Numbered from the stretch's first letter, positions 31,018 to 40,627 are shown. The stretch is DNA of 64,000 nt from Bdellovibrionota bacterium (GCA_963668355.1 OY764265.1:1696001-1760000), one strand, 5' to 3'. A program made the numbers and translations. The notes: generated by a model not told the origin, from the sequence alone.

Positions 31018-32366
31018 TGTGCTTCTCCTGCCCTGATTCGTTGTCCTTCACTGCCCAGGTATTGTCCCGTTTGTTCGAAAGACCAGGCACTTTGGCGAAT
31101 ATTTTCTTCCGCCATTTGGGCGACGTCATTGGATGTGCCGATTCCCAAGCCTTGTTTGATTCCGTTGACGGTCCATTGAGTGCCATCTTTAATCTTTTCA
31201 CCAAACCAGTTGGTGGTGTGGCCGGCAACCACAGTGGCCGTTGAATAAACCGCAGAATTAAGTGCTGCGGTTCCGATGGCTTGAGAATCTGCTCCGGTGG
31301 CCCAGGCTTTTCCGGCGCCGTAGGATGCTGTTGCGAGCGTTGAACGACTCCATTGTGCAGCCCAGTTTCCTTCTCCCGAAATGGCGCTGGTGGATTGTTG
31401 GCTGAAGAAAGCGCCATCGGCCCCGGCCACGGCCAAATCACCGATCTTGACGTTGGAGCCGTTTGTAATGACGGAAGACACAATTGCATTGGCGGCTCCA
31501 AATGATGCCGAGTTTCTGGGATCCGTCATTCCTCCACTTCCCGGAATGAATTCTGCCACGGTCCGCGTTTGAAATGCGTTGATGGCTGCGGACTTTCCAA
31601 CTTCCCCGAGATCGAAATCTCCTGTGATGATCCCTCCAGCAGCGCTAGTCAACGCCCCTCGTGCGGCGGCTGAAATGACCTCGTGACTTTGATCGGTCAA
31701 AAAGCCCTCAGCCGTGTTGGAGGCAAAAAGTCCTCCCATGGCCCCCGCTCCAGCAGCAGACCAGTCTCCCTCGGAACTTCCATAAGCTTGTGCACCGGCT
31801 TGGATGCCTGTTCCCAAGAGTTCATGCCATCCTCGTGATTCTCCTCCCGTGGTGCTGCTCGGATCGAATCCCCGAAGAATTTCAGAGGCCTGATTGGAAG
31901 AAGCGGAACCCACAACGCCCCCCCACATGGCGGCATCATGATCCCAAGATCCTGTGTTGACGTAATTCCGTAAACCCGTTCCAACATACCCACGGGCATA
32001 TCCTGAGACCAGTGTGGTTCCATCCAAAAAGGGAATCGAATTGAGGAGTTCATCAATGGCGTAGTTGGCTCCGATGGAGACAGCTTGCGCAAGAAGTTCC
32101 TCCAAAGGTGTGGTGTACGTGTCGCCGTCAAAGAGGTATCCATAAGAACCTTCTGGGACCAGGCCACCGTCAAATTCCATATATCCATTTCCATGGTCGT
32201 AAAGTTCAAGTTTGGCTTGATGCTCCTCTAAGCTGACGACAGCCCCTTTGTCATGAACCACAAACACTTTGATGATCATGTACAGGAGGAAAAATAAAAC
32301 CGGCAGCAACATGGCTAATTCCAATGTGCTTTGACCTCGGGAAAATATGTTTCGAAGCTTTTTCAT
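31014..32366 (-). CDS. TadE-like prepilin with a long Gly/Ala/Ser-rich repetitive C-terminal region
   Basis: RGQSTLELAMLLP prepilin motif and TM helix, then about five degenerate ~50 aa repeats. Confidence 0.8.
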   Translation of the reverse strand: MKKLRNIFSRGQSTLELAMLLPVLFFLLYMIIKVFVVHDKGAVVSLEEHQAKLELYDHGNGYMEFDGGLVPEGSYGYLFDGDTYTTPLEELLAQAVSIGANYAIDELLNSIPFLDGTTLVSGYARGYVGTGLRNYVNTGSWDHDAAMWGGVVGSASSNQASEILRGFDPSSTTGGESRGWHELLGTGIQAGAQAYGSSEGDWSAAGAGAMGGLFASNTAEGFLTDQSHEVISAAARGALTSAAGGIITGDFDLGEVGKSAAINAFQTRTVAEFIPGSGGMTDPRNSASFGAANAIVSSVITNGSNVKIGDLAVAGADGAFFSQQSTSAISGEGNWAAQWSRSTLATASYGAGKAWATGADSQAIGTAALNSAVYSTATVVAGHTTNWFGEKIKDGTQWTVNGIKQGLGIGTSNDVAQMAEENIRQSAWSFEQTGQYLGSEGQRIRAGEAQ

Positions 32367-32374
32367 ATTTCCCT

Positions 32375-33748
32375 TTAATGGAGGAAGTCCTCCCGGAAAA
32401 AACGCATGGCTGTCCAGTTTCCTTCGGCATTCATAACGGGGTATTCACCTTGGATCAGAACGCTCATGGGGAGTTGCGACACATCAAATCCGTCCATCGC
32501 CTCCTGATCGGCGATGCCAATGAGTTTGGCTCCTTCGAACTCTTCCCCGACGCTTCCTCGCGTCAGAAGTGAGAAAAACGGCGTGGCTGCAGTAGGAAAA
32601 GATCCTCCATACGGCTTGGCAAACGCATAGGCCATCATTGGCGTTCGTTCTTTTGCAAACAAACGTGCCGATTCCCCGGCAGCATCGCCTTGATACGAGA
32701 GGGCCTGTCCAAAGTCTTCGGATTGGACATTCGGATTGCGAAGTTTTGGATTGTAGAGTTCATTCCAATACGGAGGATTGTAAAGTGTGGCAGCGAAAAA
32801 AGAGGTGGGATAATCATTCACGCGAACCACTTTGGCCTTGGTGTTGATCGCCCGATAGGATTGAGGCAATCCCCAATAACACTGAGACGTTGGAGGGGGA
32901 GATGTCGGATACCCATAGCCGAGCGCATCCAGTAGGGCGATTTCCTCTCCTGCATAGAATAGGGGTTGTCCCTGCTGAACGTCTAAATACGCTAAGTCTT
33001 CGGCAAATTCGCCCTGCTCATATTTCCAACGGATTTCGGAAGAGGAAACGTAAGACCCAGTATCCCCCCCCAGTTTCTTTCGAATTCCAAGAGGCAGATT
33101 TTTCATGTCGAAAAAAATTTCCAGAGATCGGGCATAAGCATAGTCATTCGCTGTTTCAATCCGATTCTGAATGTTTCGCGCAAACCCGCTTCGACCAAAA
33201 GCCAAGAACTCTGTGGGAATGTCTTCCCCCAGAAGTCCGGCCAGTGTGTATATCAATCTGCGAGCACCGGGAATTTGATTCAGCCCATATTCGTAGGTTG
33301 CCGCAATCAGGTTATGAGCAGCCGTATCAAAACGATCACAGATGGAATCACAATTGGGAAAAGCCGCTCGATCTGTGAGGTCTTCGTCGGAAGAAAAATT
33401 TCGAAGGGCTGCATAAATGGGGGTGATCGCCCGCGCTACCGCGGGTCCCAGTGTGTGCATGGTGTGACGTTCGGGATGAATCAGAAGATTGCACGGAGAA
33501 GATTTTAAAAGGACTGAATAAAACGTGAAGAGTTGTTCAATGGCTTCGTTTTCTTGGCGAATGAGATCCAGGTTTACTCGCTGAACATGTGCGCCCCTTA
33601 AGGCCGCGAGGTCTGTGGTTTGTTGAAGTTTCATTTTTTCGTTGGTTGTCAATGCAGATTGAAAAACAAACGAGAAAATTGTGAGGATGCTGGTGAACGC
33701 CACGGCAAGGCCAATCGCCAATTGTCCATTTTGGAAGGATTTCCTCAT
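32375..33748 (-). CDS. TadG-like minor pilin
   Basis: NGQLAI..TM..EKMKLQQTTDLAALRGA Tad N-terminal motif; ATGA overlap with upstream tadE supports start 33748. Confidence 0.8.
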   Translation of the reverse strand: MRKSFQNGQLAIGLAVAFTSILTIFSFVFQSALTTNEKMKLQQTTDLAALRGAHVQRVNLDLIRQENEAIEQLFTFYSVLLKSSPCNLLIHPERHTMHTLGPAVARAITPIYAALRNFSSDEDLTDRAAFPNCDSICDRFDTAAHNLIAATYEYGLNQIPGARRLIYTLAGLLGEDIPTEFLAFGRSGFARNIQNRIETANDYAYARSLEIFFDMKNLPLGIRKKLGGDTGSYVSSSEIRWKYEQGEFAEDLAYLDVQQGQPLFYAGEEIALLDALGYGYPTSPPPTSQCYWGLPQSYRAINTKAKVVRVNDYPTSFFAATLYNPPYWNELYNPKLRNPNVQSEDFGQALSYQGDAAGESARLFAKERTPMMAYAFAKPYGGSFPTAATPFFSLLTRGSVGEEFEGAKLIGIADQEAMDGFDVSQLPMSVLIQGEYPVMNAEGNWTAMRFFREDFLH

Positions 33749-34371
33749 GAGGGCTCCCGTCCAAAATAGGCTTCCCGAACAATGGCGACCCCACTGTATC
33801 TCGAACCGAGGGTCTGAACATGACAGGGCCATCGCTCCTTAACCGTACTGAATAAAGCATCTAATCCCGGAAACACGATGGGCATGCAATACGTGACTTG
33901 GACTCCTTGTTCGAACTCGGGTCGGTTGGTGATGAGGTTGACGCGGACAACGCCATCGGTTCCAGAAGTGCCTCCGCCATCCACCCCCAAATCGTTTCCG
34001 TCTTTATAAACGCGGTCCAAAGAAATGCCGGCGTTGGCGGATCCGACCCCCGAATTCAAACTAATCTTGCTTTGTTCCCACATGAGACTTTCGAAAATGA
34101 CTTTTTCAGCGGCGGCCTCGGCAATGGCTTGTCCCTTATTGGTATAAGGAGCCCCACGAACATGTCGATAATCAATGCTCTCTAGGGTTCGGGATCCATA
34201 AACTTGGTAGGCGCGAGCTGCGACGGAGGCAGCGTATTGGGTTACGGTTGATGAATGGAGAAAGATGATGATTTGAACAAAGGAAAGAAAAACGGTGATG
34301 AGGATGGGAAGCAAGAGTGCCAGCTCCAGCATCGCGACCCCCTTCTGACTCTTTCGTTGTTCATTCCTCAT
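33745..34371 (-). CDS. tadE: TadE-family minor pilin
   Basis: KGVAMLELALLLP and YAASVAAR motifs. Confidence 0.88.
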   Translation of the reverse strand: MRNEQRKSQKGVAMLELALLLPILITVFLSFVQIIIFLHSSTVTQYAASVAARAYQVYGSRTLESIDYRHVRGAPYTNKGQAIAEAAAEKVIFESLMWEQSKISLNSGVGSANAGISLDRVYKDGNDLGVDGGGTSGTDGVVRVNLITNRPEFEQGVQVTYCMPIVFPGLDALFSTVKERWPCHVQTLGSRYSGVAIVREAYFGREPS

Positions 34372-34430
34372 ACCTACAAACTAATTTTTGCATAGCCAGG
34401 AACAAGTATCACTCCTTTTTATCTTAAGAA

Positions 34431-34468
34431 GTTCGGACGAGGGGGAAGGAGGAGCCCCTCGTCCGAAC
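34431..34468 (-). terminator. Strong stem-loop downstream of the flp pilin genes (terminator or mRNA stabiliser)
   Basis: GTTCGGACGAGGGG / CCCCTCGTCCGAAC 14 bp stem, followed by TTCTT on the minus strand. Confidence 0.75.
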
Positions 34469-34505
34469 CAGGAATAGCCTATTGGTTTGGTTATTCCTGT
34501 ACCGT

Positions 34506-34697
34506 TTATTCTTGAAGCTCGATGGTTTGAGAGGCGGACTCAACGGATTTTTCCATCAAGTCTTTGGCTTTTCCATCAGCTCCAAAAATATATTTGGCGG
34601 CAACAATGACACCCACCGAAATGACGCCAATGACAAGGGCATACTCCAGTGCGGTTTGCCCAGTGATTCGTTTGTTTTTGTTTCGTAAGATACGCAT
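34506..34697 (-). CDS. flp: Flp pilin, probable major pilin
   Basis: Basic leader, GQTALEYALVI Flp motif, GGAGG RBS before ATG 34697. Confidence 0.88.
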   Translation of the reverse strand: MRILRNKNKRITGQTALEYALVIGVISVGVIVAAKYIFGADGKAKDLMEKSVESASQTIELQE

Positions 34698-34719
34698 GGT
34701 TTTTTCCTCCATCTTTCAT

Positions 34720-34962
34720 TTACGGAAAGGGCAATGCGGCGGTTTTATCCAAACCGAACGAAGCCATTCCCGAAGTCCAGCTCCAATCATCTCCAGAATG
34801 GATGCTGGAAAGCTCCTGGCCACCGTGAAGATTCCCCATGACAAAGCCTTGGGTGAACAACCAAGAGGTTCCTGCGGCCCCCGCGACAATCACGATGGCC
34901 AAGATATATTCCAGGGCCACTTGACCCCGGTTGGACCTTTGTTTTGCTCCAAAGTGGCGCAT
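34720..34962 (-). CDS. Second Flp-like pilin
   Basis: RGQVALEYILAI motif plus hydrophobic helix. Confidence 0.8.
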   Translation of the reverse strand: MRHFGAKQRSNRGQVALEYILAIVIVAGAAGTSWLFTQGFVMGNLHGGQELSSIHSGDDWSWTSGMASFGLDKTAALPFP

Positions 34963-34976
34963 ACACCCCGAATATG

Positions 34977-34992
34977 AGCAAAGAGCAGGCCA
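34977..34992 (-). promoter_or_regulatory. Possible sigma-54 promoter for the pilin genes
   Basis: Minus strand TGGC-CTGCTCT-TTGCT with correct -24/-12 spacing; would give a very short leader. Confidence 0.45.
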
Positions 34993-35168
34993 GAACCCAA
35001 TTTTTCAAAGAAACGCTAAGAGTATGAAATTAAAGAAAAATTCATCCTTTTGCGTCAAAGGCCCCTTGTCCGAAATGGGCCAAAATTGAGCAGTGACCTC
35101 AGCACCACCCACCTTTTTGCACGAAAGTCCCCAAAATGAACTGTTCATTTTGGGGACTTATCCACAGG

Positions 35169-37073
35169 TTAGTGGATGCCGAGTTCTTTGAGTTTCTTTG
35201 TGGCTTTTTGGTGGTACTCAGATTCTTTGTCCGGGGCATGCTGAAGGGCTTTCCGAAAAGCTTCGGTCGCGGCCTCGCGGTCATCCACGATCTCCATGAA
35301 CGCAATCCCATTTTGGTAATACTGCTTGGCATCTCTGGCAAGATCCTCCTTGAGCATTCCAAAGAGCTTTTGGGCTTCCTTGTTTTGAGGAAATTTCTCA
35401 ATGATATTTTTTAAAGCTTCATACGCTTGAATGGGTTCTCCGGTTTGAGCGAGCGTTCGCGCATCATCAATATGCTCTTGGAGGTCTTCCCCGACTTTTG
35501 TGGCCACGTCATTCAACAATTTTTGGGCCGAAGCCTGGTAACGATGTCCTTTCTTAGAGGCCACTTCTGTAAGAAGCATTTCAGCCTTCCCAAAATTTCC
35601 GGTTTCGTACTCTTGAACTCCTTGTTCATAGAGTTTCTTTAGTTCTCGATCGTTTTTGCGTTTGGCAATTCGAGCCAGGCGGATTTTTTCTTCTTCCTTT
35701 TTGAGTTGATGAAAAGCTCCGGTTACGCGGCTATCTTCCGGCATGAACTTTTCTGCTTTTCGAAACGCTTCCCGAGCGAGTTCGAATTTTTGCTTTTTCA
35801 TCTGTTCAAAGCCCTCAACCAGAAATCCTTCCATTTTTTTGATTTTGAGCTTTCTGGCTTTTTCAGCCTCCTCTCGGGCTTGTCGCTCCGCTTCCTTTGC
35901 AGATGAAATGGTTCGAGTGAGCTTCAAGGCTTCTTGATTCTGAGGGGCTTTTTCCAAAACGAGCTGAATGCGAGCTTCGGCCGCATCGAAGTCGGATTTG
36001 GATATGAGTTTTTGGGCTCGATCTAAATTAAATCGAATGACTCGGGTTAACTCAGGAGATACTCCGGGAGTCGCGGGAGCAGGTTTTTCTTTTTTAAGCA
36101 CAGGTTCCGAAGAGGGCCAGACCAGGATAAGTCCGACCACGACTCCCAATAGAAACAGCGTTTTCCAATCGGTAAGATAAGGGTTCCAACGTTCCCATCT
36201 CAATTCAAATTGGCTCTTTAAACGTGTGCCGTTGGCATGGGGAGATTTAGCGTATTTTTCGACAGAAGAGGAGGATCCCGGTTCTACATATTCAAACCGA
36301 GCCGATCCAACTTGGACCACATCATGATTCTCAAGAGGTCGGTCTTTCACAGGAAAGCCATCTACAAACGTTCCTGTTGAATCTTCGTTATTGTGTAATA
36401 CATAACCTTTTTCAGTTTTTTCAAGAGTTGCGTGGGCTTGAGAGACTTCATCGTCTTCAATCGGAATATCGTCCTCGGAGGATCGCCCAAGCGTAATTTT
36501 AGAGGAAGTAAGTGGGAGCTCTTTTCCCGCTTCGGGACCATCTAGACGAACCAATTTGGAATCGGTCTTGGGCAAAATCTCTGCAGGGGTTAAATCCGAT
36601 AGGGGAGCTGAAGGAGAGAGGGTCTCTTCCAAATCGACATTTCGTGGATAGGTAGGAGTGGGCTCTGGATGAGTCTCAGCTTTAGGGCGAACGGAAATGG
36701 CATTTAAAAATTCATCTTGGCCTTCTTCGGGTTCAGGGACCCGAGCCAAGGTTTCTCCAGCGGAGACCTCTGGGGAGATTTCCTCTATTTCTTGCTCCAG
36801 GGAAATGTGAAAGGAGCCGATTTCAATCTGGTCTCCAAGGTTTAATGGGGCCTTTGTGATGACTTCCCCATTAAGTTTGGTTCCATTGATGCTTTCCAAA
36901 TCTTCAATCCAGTACTGGTCGTCCTTCTTGAAAATTTTGGCATGTTTTCGAGAAATTTCTTCTTTCGGGAGAATGATTTGATTTTTTTTCGATCGACCGA
37001 GAAAAATGGGTTCATCGCCGAGGATATGGATGGCAATTTCTTTTTCGTCTGGTTGGCGTACGATCAGTCTCAT
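35169..37073 (-). CDS. Double FHA-domain membrane protein with C-terminal TPR repeats
   Basis: FHA1 LGRS..ISRKHA..DLESINGT; FHA2 LGRS..VSQAHA..STGT (degenerate); one TM; helical repeats. Confidence 0.9.
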   Translation of the reverse strand: MRLIVRQPDEKEIAIHILGDEPIFLGRSKKNQIILPKEEISRKHAKIFKKDDQYWIEDLESINGTKLNGEVITKAPLNLGDQIEIGSFHISLEQEIEEISPEVSAGETLARVPEPEEGQDEFLNAISVRPKAETHPEPTPTYPRNVDLEETLSPSAPLSDLTPAEILPKTDSKLVRLDGPEAGKELPLTSSKITLGRSSEDDIPIEDDEVSQAHATLEKTEKGYVLHNNEDSTGTFVDGFPVKDRPLENHDVVQVGSARFEYVEPGSSSSVEKYAKSPHANGTRLKSQFELRWERWNPYLTDWKTLFLLGVVVGLILVWPSSEPVLKKEKPAPATPGVSPELTRVIRFNLDRAQKLISKSDFDAAEARIQLVLEKAPQNQEALKLTRTISSAKEAERQAREEAEKARKLKIKKMEGFLVEGFEQMKKQKFELAREAFRKAEKFMPEDSRVTGAFHQLKKEEEKIRLARIAKRKNDRELKKLYEQGVQEYETGNFGKAEMLLTEVASKKGHRYQASAQKLLNDVATKVGEDLQEHIDDARTLAQTGEPIQAYEALKNIIEKFPQNKEAQKLFGMLKEDLARDAKQYYQNGIAFMEIVDDREAATEAFRKALQHAPDKESEYHQKATKKLKELGIH

Positions 37074-37097
37074 CTCAAAAACTAAGGATACCCTGAT

Positions 37098-38045
37098 TTA
37101 GTTCATTTCGGCGAGTTTCGCTTCGGCTTCTGCGATCTTATCTTTCGCTCGTTGAAACGTTTCCGGATCAAAGTTGGCCGCCAAGGAGAGGACTTTTCGC
37201 CACTCTGAAATAGCCTTGTCGAAGTAGAGTCGATCATACTCTCTAACGCCATTTTCATAGTATTGATCGATTAAAGAGGCCAGTCGCTTCTCAGCTCTTT
37301 CGAGCAAGATTTCTACTTGCTTATCGCCTTTTCTTACCGCCAAAAATTTTCGCAAATAGGGAATGGCGGCAGCGACATCATCATACTGCATAGCGGTTTC
37401 AGCACGTCCTTTCCAGACCAAAAGATCTTCTTCAGAGACATCGTCTGGAATTTGCACCACAGGTTTGAATAATTTTGTTTCAGGTTTAGGCGTTTTTTGC
37501 TGTGGCAATTTTTCTTTTGAGCCTGGCTGAAAAAGAAAAAGAGAGAGCACAATCAGAAAGAACCCCAAGGACGAATAAAGCAGAACTCTTTTATTCCGAA
37601 GAAGTGGAGGGAATGCTTTGGCTTTTGGAAGCGTTTGAGGAAGGGGAGGATCTAAGGGAACTTCCTTTTCAACGGAGGTTTCTTCAATTGTAGGTTCTCC
37701 AAGGGTTGGAGCGGTTTCGGCTTCATCCGAATGTTCTCCAAAACATTGAACCTCAAACATGCATTCCCCCATTTGCAGTCGGTCACCCGCTTTTAATGCC
37801 GTTCGGGAAATGGCTTTTCCGTTCACAAACGTACCATTTTTGCTGTTTAAATCTTCCACCCAAGGCTCATTGATCCGAATTTGAATGGAGGCATGTTGTC
37901 GGGAGATGTTGGGGGTGTTTAGAACAATCGCATTTTCTTCGGTTCTTCCAATGAAAAGCGTGCTTTCTTGCAGCTCAATTTCCTCTCCCTTTTTGGGGCC
38001 CTCGATTCCCAAGAGTACCCATTTCTGAACTCCAAAGAGACTCAT
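37098..38045 (-). CDS. FHA-domain membrane protein with TPR
   Basis: IGRT..ISRQHA..DLNSKNGT; one TM; TPR-like C-terminus. Confidence 0.9.
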   Translation of the reverse strand: MSLFGVQKWVLLGIEGPKKGEEIELQESTLFIGRTEENAIVLNTPNISRQHASIQIRINEPWVEDLNSKNGTFVNGKAISRTALKAGDRLQMGECMFEVQCFGEHSDEAETAPTLGEPTIEETSVEKEVPLDPPLPQTLPKAKAFPPLLRNKRVLLYSSLGFFLIVLSLFLFQPGSKEKLPQQKTPKPETKLFKPVVQIPDDVSEEDLLVWKGRAETAMQYDDVAAAIPYLRKFLAVRKGDKQVEILLERAEKRLASLIDQYYENGVREYDRLYFDKAISEWRKVLSLAANFDPETFQRAKDKIAEAEAKLAEMN

Positions 38046-39199
38046 GGTTTCTTTTCCTCCAAGATGCGTTCTACGGCCTCATAAAGTTCTCCCCACTCCG
38101 AAAATGGAGGAACTCCATCCGGATTAACCTTTTGCCCAAGGCGCCAGCGCTGAAGTTTTTCTCCCAGTCGCAAAAGCGGGGCCGTGATGGCTTTGGAAAA
38201 GAGCCAGCCCAGAGCAAAGGCAATGGCGATGGCTGCGGCAATCAACAAAAAGAATAGACGCCTCAGCTGAGAAAAGTCGCTCATCCCCTCCTCTGGGGAA
38301 AAGATGATCTTTGCGGCTCCCAGGGTTTCGTATTGTCCTGTGTGGTCGTCGTATGCACGAATGGGATGAACCAAGATATGGGATCCATCTGACAGTTCCG
38401 GGCTCGGCCGGATTTTTCGATCGCTTTTTTGGGTCAAAGCTTCTGTGGTGAAGGGATCGTTAGCCAATTGATTGACACGAGAAACCGGTGCCACCGTTCG
38501 CCCTTTTTGATTGATGATGAAGGCGCTTTTGACCCCTTTTTCGTTTTGAACACTTTCAACATCCAAGAGCAACTCGTTTCCTACGCGGAGATCTTCTCGA
38601 TTCTTTTCGGCCAGGATTTGAACCAACGTAGAGGCTCGTTGGAGGGCCGCTTTTTTCATTTGGGCCTTGAGGATGTTATAGCCCGTAAAACCGCCCAATA
38701 GAACAAACGCCAAGAGTGTCGTGCTTAAAAGCGCTGTCGTGAGCAAACGAAGAGGAAGAGGATTTTTCCCGGAGTGAACTCCTTGCAGGAGAGAAGGGCG
38801 GACATACGTGCTTTGCGTAGGCCTTCCACCCTTCTTGTGCGTACGAATGGCGGCGATGGTTCTTCCAACGGTCGGGATTTTATCTTTCCCCGCGGAAGGT
38901 GGCAGGGTTTGGCCGGAGCGATACTCCATGGTTACTTCTCCAATTTGTATCTGATCGCCCGCCTTAAGGGTTTTTTGAACAATAGCTTTCTGGTTCAAAA
39001 GCGTCCCGTTCGCACTCCCCAGGTCAATGACTTCGACCTGGTTTCCCTTTACGACAATTTGAGCGTGTTTTCGGGAGACCATGCGAGAGTCAATTTGGAT
39101 CGCGACGTCCGCATCTCTTCCGATAACGTGCGTACCCTCTACGAGATCAATGGCTTCTTCTCCACTCCCTCCTTGAAGAATGTACAGCGTGTGTTTCAA
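38042..39199 (-). CDS. FHA-domain protein with two TMs, a periplasmic domain and a HAMP-like tail
   Basis: IGRD..VSRKHA..DLGSANGT; TM-periplasmic-TM; ITAPLLRL after TM2. Confidence 0.87.
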   Translation of the reverse strand: MKHTLYILQGGSGEEAIDLVEGTHVIGRDADVAIQIDSRMVSRKHAQIVVKGNQVEVIDLGSANGTLLNQKAIVQKTLKAGDQIQIGEVTMEYRSGQTLPPSAGKDKIPTVGRTIAAIRTHKKGGRPTQSTYVRPSLLQGVHSGKNPLPLRLLTTALLSTTLLAFVLLGGFTGYNILKAQMKKAALQRASTLVQILAEKNREDLRVGNELLLDVESVQNEKGVKSAFIINQKGRTVAPVSRVNQLANDPFTTEALTQKSDRKIRPSPELSDGSHILVHPIRAYDDHTGQYETLGAAKIIFSPEEGMSDFSQLRRLFFLLIAAAIAIAFALGWLFSKAITAPLLRLGEKLQRWRLGQKVNPDGVPPFSEWGELYEAVERILEEKKP

Positions 39200-39549
39200 G
39201 AGGCTTCCTCCAATGCCAGTTCATCTCCGGTTTTAAGTAGCAATGAGGCGAGGGTTCCCGAAGGAAGTTCCAAAACCGAATGAGCGCCGCGTACCCAGGG
39301 TGTAAGCCGAAAGGGTCGAAGGTTCTGGTGGACGGCCAGCACATGTTTCGAGGACGATAAAAAGACTACATCAATGGGGAACTTCATGAAAAACGTATGA
39401 ATGGAATTGCAGGGCTCGATCCACAAGCCCTCCCCTCTTTCCAGTGCAGTTCTTCCCAAGAGGCCTTTCATGCGTTGGAAAAGGGTGGAAGCCTTCTCAA
39501 CCTTGTCTGCGATCAGCTCCGGTTGTGAGAGATTCATGACACGAAACAT
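39196..39549 (-). CDS. DUF192 family protein
   Basis: RMKGLLGR, PCNSIHTFFMKFPIDVVF and VLELP motifs. Confidence 0.92.
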   Translation of the reverse strand: MFRVMNLSQPELIADKVEKASTLFQRMKGLLGRTALERGEGLWIEPCNSIHTFFMKFPIDVVFLSSSKHVLAVHQNLRPFRLTPWVRGAHSVLELPSGTLASLLLKTGDELALEEAS

Positions 39550-39552
39550 GAG

Positions 39553-40482
39553 TTAGAAAAAACCTCGTTGCACAATGCTCAAAATGATCGGCCCAAGAAT
39601 CACAATGAAAATGGCTGGAAAGATGCAAATGACCAAGGGAAGTAAAATCAGTTGAGAAGCTCTAGCCCCCGCAGCTTCGGCCAACTGGAATCGTTTGGAA
39701 CGAAGTTGATCCGACTGGGCCCGAAGAACTTGGCCAATGGAGGCACCCAATTGATCCGCCTGAATGAGCAGGGTGGTGAATGAAGTGATTTCTTCGATTT
39801 GAAGACGGTCACTTAAGTTCTTCAAAGCATCGGCGCGAGATGTCCCCAAACGAATTTCTTTCAACATATGATTGAATTCAAGCAAGAGGGCATTCTGGTC
39901 GGTTCTTTCAGACAAACGTTGTATGGCTGCTATGAAATCCAGTCCCGCTTCTACAGAAAGAGTCAGAAGGTCCAGCGTGTAGGGTAAAGCTCGTGTAATC
40001 GCTCTTCGGCGAATCGCAACTCGTTCAGCTAACCATAAGTCAGGAAAAACAAATCCCAACACAAAGAGGATGGGAAGTCCCAAAAGTGGAATGGAGAAAC
40101 CCAGAGCGACTCCAATGTAGACGATGAGAAGAGGGATGAAAAAAGTCATCACGACTTTTAGGGCCATGAATTCATCGGGTGTGATCTCATCGCGCATATT
40201 GGCGGTGATCAATTTTCGATGATAGTTCGTTCGTTGCGGACCCAATTTGCGAACCGAGATCTGTGGCAATAACAGGGTGTAAAAAGGACGAAAAATGCGC
40301 AGAAGGGCAATTTGATTGGGACGTTCGGTTTCATCCACCATGCCCAGTCTTTTTCGAGCCGCCGCTTGTTTTTCGTCCGGAAAAAACCGAAGCGTCAAAA
40401 AAAACACCGAGAGAAACATAGAGACCACCAAGGAGATGATGATGAAAGTTTCTTGTCCCAGCATTCCAAGTATTTCGGCCAT
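39553..40482 (-). CDS. tadC: Tad pilus platform protein TadC
   Basis: LPYTLDLLTLSVEAGLDF, QADQLGASI and PLVICIFPA motifs. Confidence 0.93.
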   Translation of the reverse strand: MAEILGMLGQETFIIISLVVSMFLSVFFLTLRFFPDEKQAAARKRLGMVDETERPNQIALLRIFRPFYTLLLPQISVRKLGPQRTNYHRKLITANMRDEITPDEFMALKVVMTFFIPLLIVYIGVALGFSIPLLGLPILFVLGFVFPDLWLAERVAIRRRAITRALPYTLDLLTLSVEAGLDFIAAIQRLSERTDQNALLLEFNHMLKEIRLGTSRADALKNLSDRLQIEEITSFTTLLIQADQLGASIGQVLRAQSDQLRSKRFQLAEAAGARASQLILLPLVICIFPAIFIVILGPIILSIVQRGFF

Positions 40483-40612
40483 TTGTGTTCCGGTTCGTCC
40501 ATTCGAGGCCCCAAAAGCGGCCTTCTCTTTCTAAAAGAATTCTAAAGCATTAAAATTATAAAGCATTTTGAAAAATCGAGCATCTTTCCCTTTTTTCCTG
40601 GTCGCAAAAAAG

Positions 40613-40627
40613 GCAAGTCCCATGCCA
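40613..40627 (-). promoter_or_regulatory. Sigma-54 promoter upstream of tadC
   Basis: Minus strand TGGCATGGGACTTGC, a near-consensus -24/-12 element about 130 nt before the tadC start. Confidence 0.65.
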
